A stretch of 64,000 bases of DNA. Source: Sedimentisphaerales bacterium. GTDB taxonomy: Bacteria > Planctomycetota > Phycisphaerae > Sedimentisphaerales > SM23-30. Under the pieces are notes generated by a model that had not been told where the DNA came from, did no database searches, and was given only the letters and a program-made list of their open reading frames with translations. A program made the position numbers and the translations under genes. The DNA lies in assembly GCA_963663965.2 (NCBI GenBank), contig CAXXFK010000028.1:589212-653211 (forward strand), in the 5' to 3' direction. Of this stretch, positions 61,647 to 64,000 are shown one piece after another (the first letter of the stretch is position 1; each line of letters starts with the position of its first letter).

Positions 61647-62061
61647 TCATTTATAGGTCCATTGGGGCATTCATCAAAACAATTCGGCAATGATTATAGG
61701 TGCTTTACGATAAATCAAATAGTGAAAATCTAATATCTTAAGGATAATTATTGAGAGGATGGATTCCATTCACTACATGGAAGATGAAGCTGGAACTTGT
61801 TTGATGGTCCGATAAGAAGTAGACTACAATATAATTAATCGGAGTAAAGGCTGAGCGCGCGAATCGAGAAGTGTTGTAACTGTTTTAGTTGTAATTGATT
61901 ATGGTGATTATGGGCAATAAGATTAGTTGCTGACTCCTATTGGGATTTTCCAATGAATCGCACCATCACATTCACCGATTAATGTAACAAGCCATTAATT
62001 TAAATTATTAACGATTGTGTAAACCGTTTTTTGGTTGGGGAAGAAACATCAAACGGTGATT

Positions 62062-64000
62062 ATGAGGATTAACGATTCACCACGCAAACAATCAGACTCA
62101 AGGGATTCGGAATTCAGAAACCATTTTAAGGAGTCACACCGAACATTACGAATTGTGACTATTGTATTTCTGAGTATTTCCATAGTGATTCTCCTGGGTC
62201 TTTCTCAGATTATTTCAGTAATCAATCAGAAAAAGTTTGAAGCGTCAGCGCAACGAGCTCTGACCAATTTTAATCGTCATATCCGATTAAATAATGTGTC
62301 TGGCGCGACGCGTGCGTTAGTTACCAATCCTGTGATTATTGAGACTGCCATCGAAGCGCGGCCGGTTGATAATCCTGAATGTTTAAATATCCTTAATTTT
62401 ATCCGGGATTCTTATTCCGCCTCGATCGTGTATGTTATGAACCTTCAGGGCACCGTGGTTTGTTGTACCCAATACAATGAAAAACAAACCCTGACCGGGA
62501 ATAATTATTCGTTCCGGCCATATTTCCGAGAAGCGCTTTTAAACCCCAGCAGCGACATTCTTTATGCGGCACTGGGTGTAACCACTGGCCAGCGCGGGCT
62601 TTATTATTCCTGCGCGATCTGTTCGAACAATCAGGAAAATGGGGCCGTACAAGGTGCGGTGGTGATTAAAATGCCATTGGGCAAGATCGATGCTGTTTTA
62701 AAAGACGTCCCTTATCAGACCGCATTAATCGATCCATCTGGATCGGTCTTTGCCACCAACCATCGCGATTGGGTATTCAAGAAAGTTATTTTAGAAACGG
62801 TCAAAAGCTCAGGCTCGGGATCCCAGATTGATCCAACGAACATTTATCTCAATCCGGCCTATTATTATCTGAGTGTTCATCCCGTCGATCTGGATGACTC
62901 AACCGGCGCCTGGAAGTTGGTCGTGATTGATGCCCGCCATCAATTGTCAGATTATTACGCGTTGGTGGCCGCGGCCGCCATTTTAACGCTGTTTTATATT
63001 CTGATCATGGTCATCATCCGGTATCGACAGAGCCAATCTAAAGAACGATTTCGTCAGCAACTTCTGATACAGGAGAATGAAAGATACCTGGCTCAGGTTC
63101 TCCAGGGTAATCCGGTTCCAACTTTTGTTATCGACAGAGACCATCAGGTGACTTTCTGGAACCAGGCTTGTGAAGAACTCACTGGAATCCCGGCGGAAAA
63201 CATGGTAGGTACCCATCAGCAATGGAAACCATTTTATCTTGACAAGCGCCCGACATTGGCGGATCTGGTTCTGGATGGCGCCTCCGATGAGGTGTTTGCC
63301 AACTATTATCATCCCTTACCCCGCCGCTCCACGTTGATCGCTGACGCGTGGCGTTATGAAGAATGTTTTGGTCATTTACCACCCTCCGGGCGATGTATCA
63401 GTTTTACCGCGGCGCCTATTCGCGATATCAGTGGCCATATTATTGGCGCCATCGAAACGCTTCAAGACATTACAGGTTTAAAAAAGATCCAGAAAGAACT
63501 GGAGGGTAAAAATGCCTATATCCAGTCGGTTCTGGATACAATGCCCATTGGTCTGGCGGTTTATAACACCCGGGATGGGGTGATTCGTTATGTCAATGAA
63601 TCTTTCCGGAATTTTTTCGATTACAATCCGGATGAGGCTCCTGACATGTTCCGGTTCAATGAAACGATTATGCCACAAACCATGTTGCGCGGCCATTTTT
63701 TGCCCCTGACTTCGCTGGACGATCGCAATACCATTGAATGGGAAAATGTTCCGTTGCGTTCCAGGGATGGCGGTGACGTGATCCGCTATTTTTCCGCGCG
63801 ACACATCCCTTTGCCCAATCAAGAGGCGCGGATTTGTGCGGTATGGGATATGACGGATCGTGTGCAGGCGGAGGAGGCCCTGCGAGAGGCCCGAGACCAG
63901 GCGGAGCATTCCATGGTGCAGATCGAAAGGATAAACAACCAACTGCAAAAAGCTATTGAAGAAACCCGCGAAATGGCCGTTCAGGCGGAAGCGGCCAATC
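62062..64000 (+). CDS. Membrane sensor, probably histidine kinase (Cache plus PAS domains), running off the window
   Basis: Open frame from ATG 62062: TM, DctB-like GNNYSFRPYF, TM, FWNQACEELTG and ETLQDIT PAS motifs, ends MAVQAEAAN; absent from the ORF track because no stop is in the window. Confidence 0.85.
   Translation, partial: MRINDSPRKQSDSRDSEFRNHFKESHRTLRIVTIVFLSISIVILLGLSQIISVINQKKFEASAQRALTNFNRHIRLNNVSGATRALVTNPVIIETAIEARPVDNPECLNILNFIRDSYSASIVYVMNLQGTVVCCTQYNEKQTLTGNNYSFRPYFREALLNPSSDILYAALGVTTGQRGLYYSCAICSNNQENGAVQGAVVIKMPLGKIDAVLKDVPYQTALIDPSGSVFATNHRDWVFKKVILETVKSSGSGSQIDPTNIYLNPAYYYLSVHPVDLDDSTGAWKLVVIDARHQLSDYYALVAAAAILTLFYILIMVIIRYRQSQSKERFRQQLLIQENERYLAQVLQGNPVPTFVIDRDHQVTFWNQACEELTGIPAENMVGTHQQWKPFYLDKRPTLADLVLDGASDEVFANYYHPLPRRSTLIADAWRYEECFGHLPPSGRCISFTAAPIRDISGHIIGAIETLQDITGLKKIQKELEGKNAYIQSVLDTMPIGLAVYNTRDGVIRYVNESFRNFFDYNPDEAPDMFRFNETIMPQTMLRGHFLPLTSLDDRNTIEWENVPLRSRDGGDVIRYFSARHIPLPNQEARICAVWDMTDRVQAEEALREARDQAEHSMVQIERINNQLQKAIEETREMAVQAEAAN

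Overview
Bacterial chromosomal segment, most likely from an anaerobic planctomycete of the Phycisphaerae type. This is inferred from Cys-type sulfatases with an anaerobic sulfatase maturase, dockerin-like tails ending in W-L, and desulfoferrodoxin. About 1-16 kb holds glycan-degradation and secreted-protein genes, including a lower-GC subtilase cassette bracketed by a duplicated gene 3' end. About 16.1-25.8 kb is an accessory hotspot with an ISL3 element, a GxxExxY nuclease-fold gene inside direct repeats built from triple-heptamer motifs, a ~300 bp non-coding tandem duplication, an AT-rich ~1290-aa STAND/NLR-like NTPase split by an IS4 element, a REP-like triple hairpin and a DUF2130 remnant. 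About 26-64 kb is mostly housekeeping and metabolism (mgtE, rplM-rpsI, argCJ, xseA, pepA, folE, araB, dfx-ftn, tRNA-Tyr, tatA, two paaK, a sensor kinase). Single-base frameshifts, including two in essential rplM, suggest an indel-prone assembly. The best candidate for an undescribed system is the GxxExxY gene with its co-oriented triple-heptamer repeats at accessory-gene boundaries. All calls come from reading the sequence; no searches were run.
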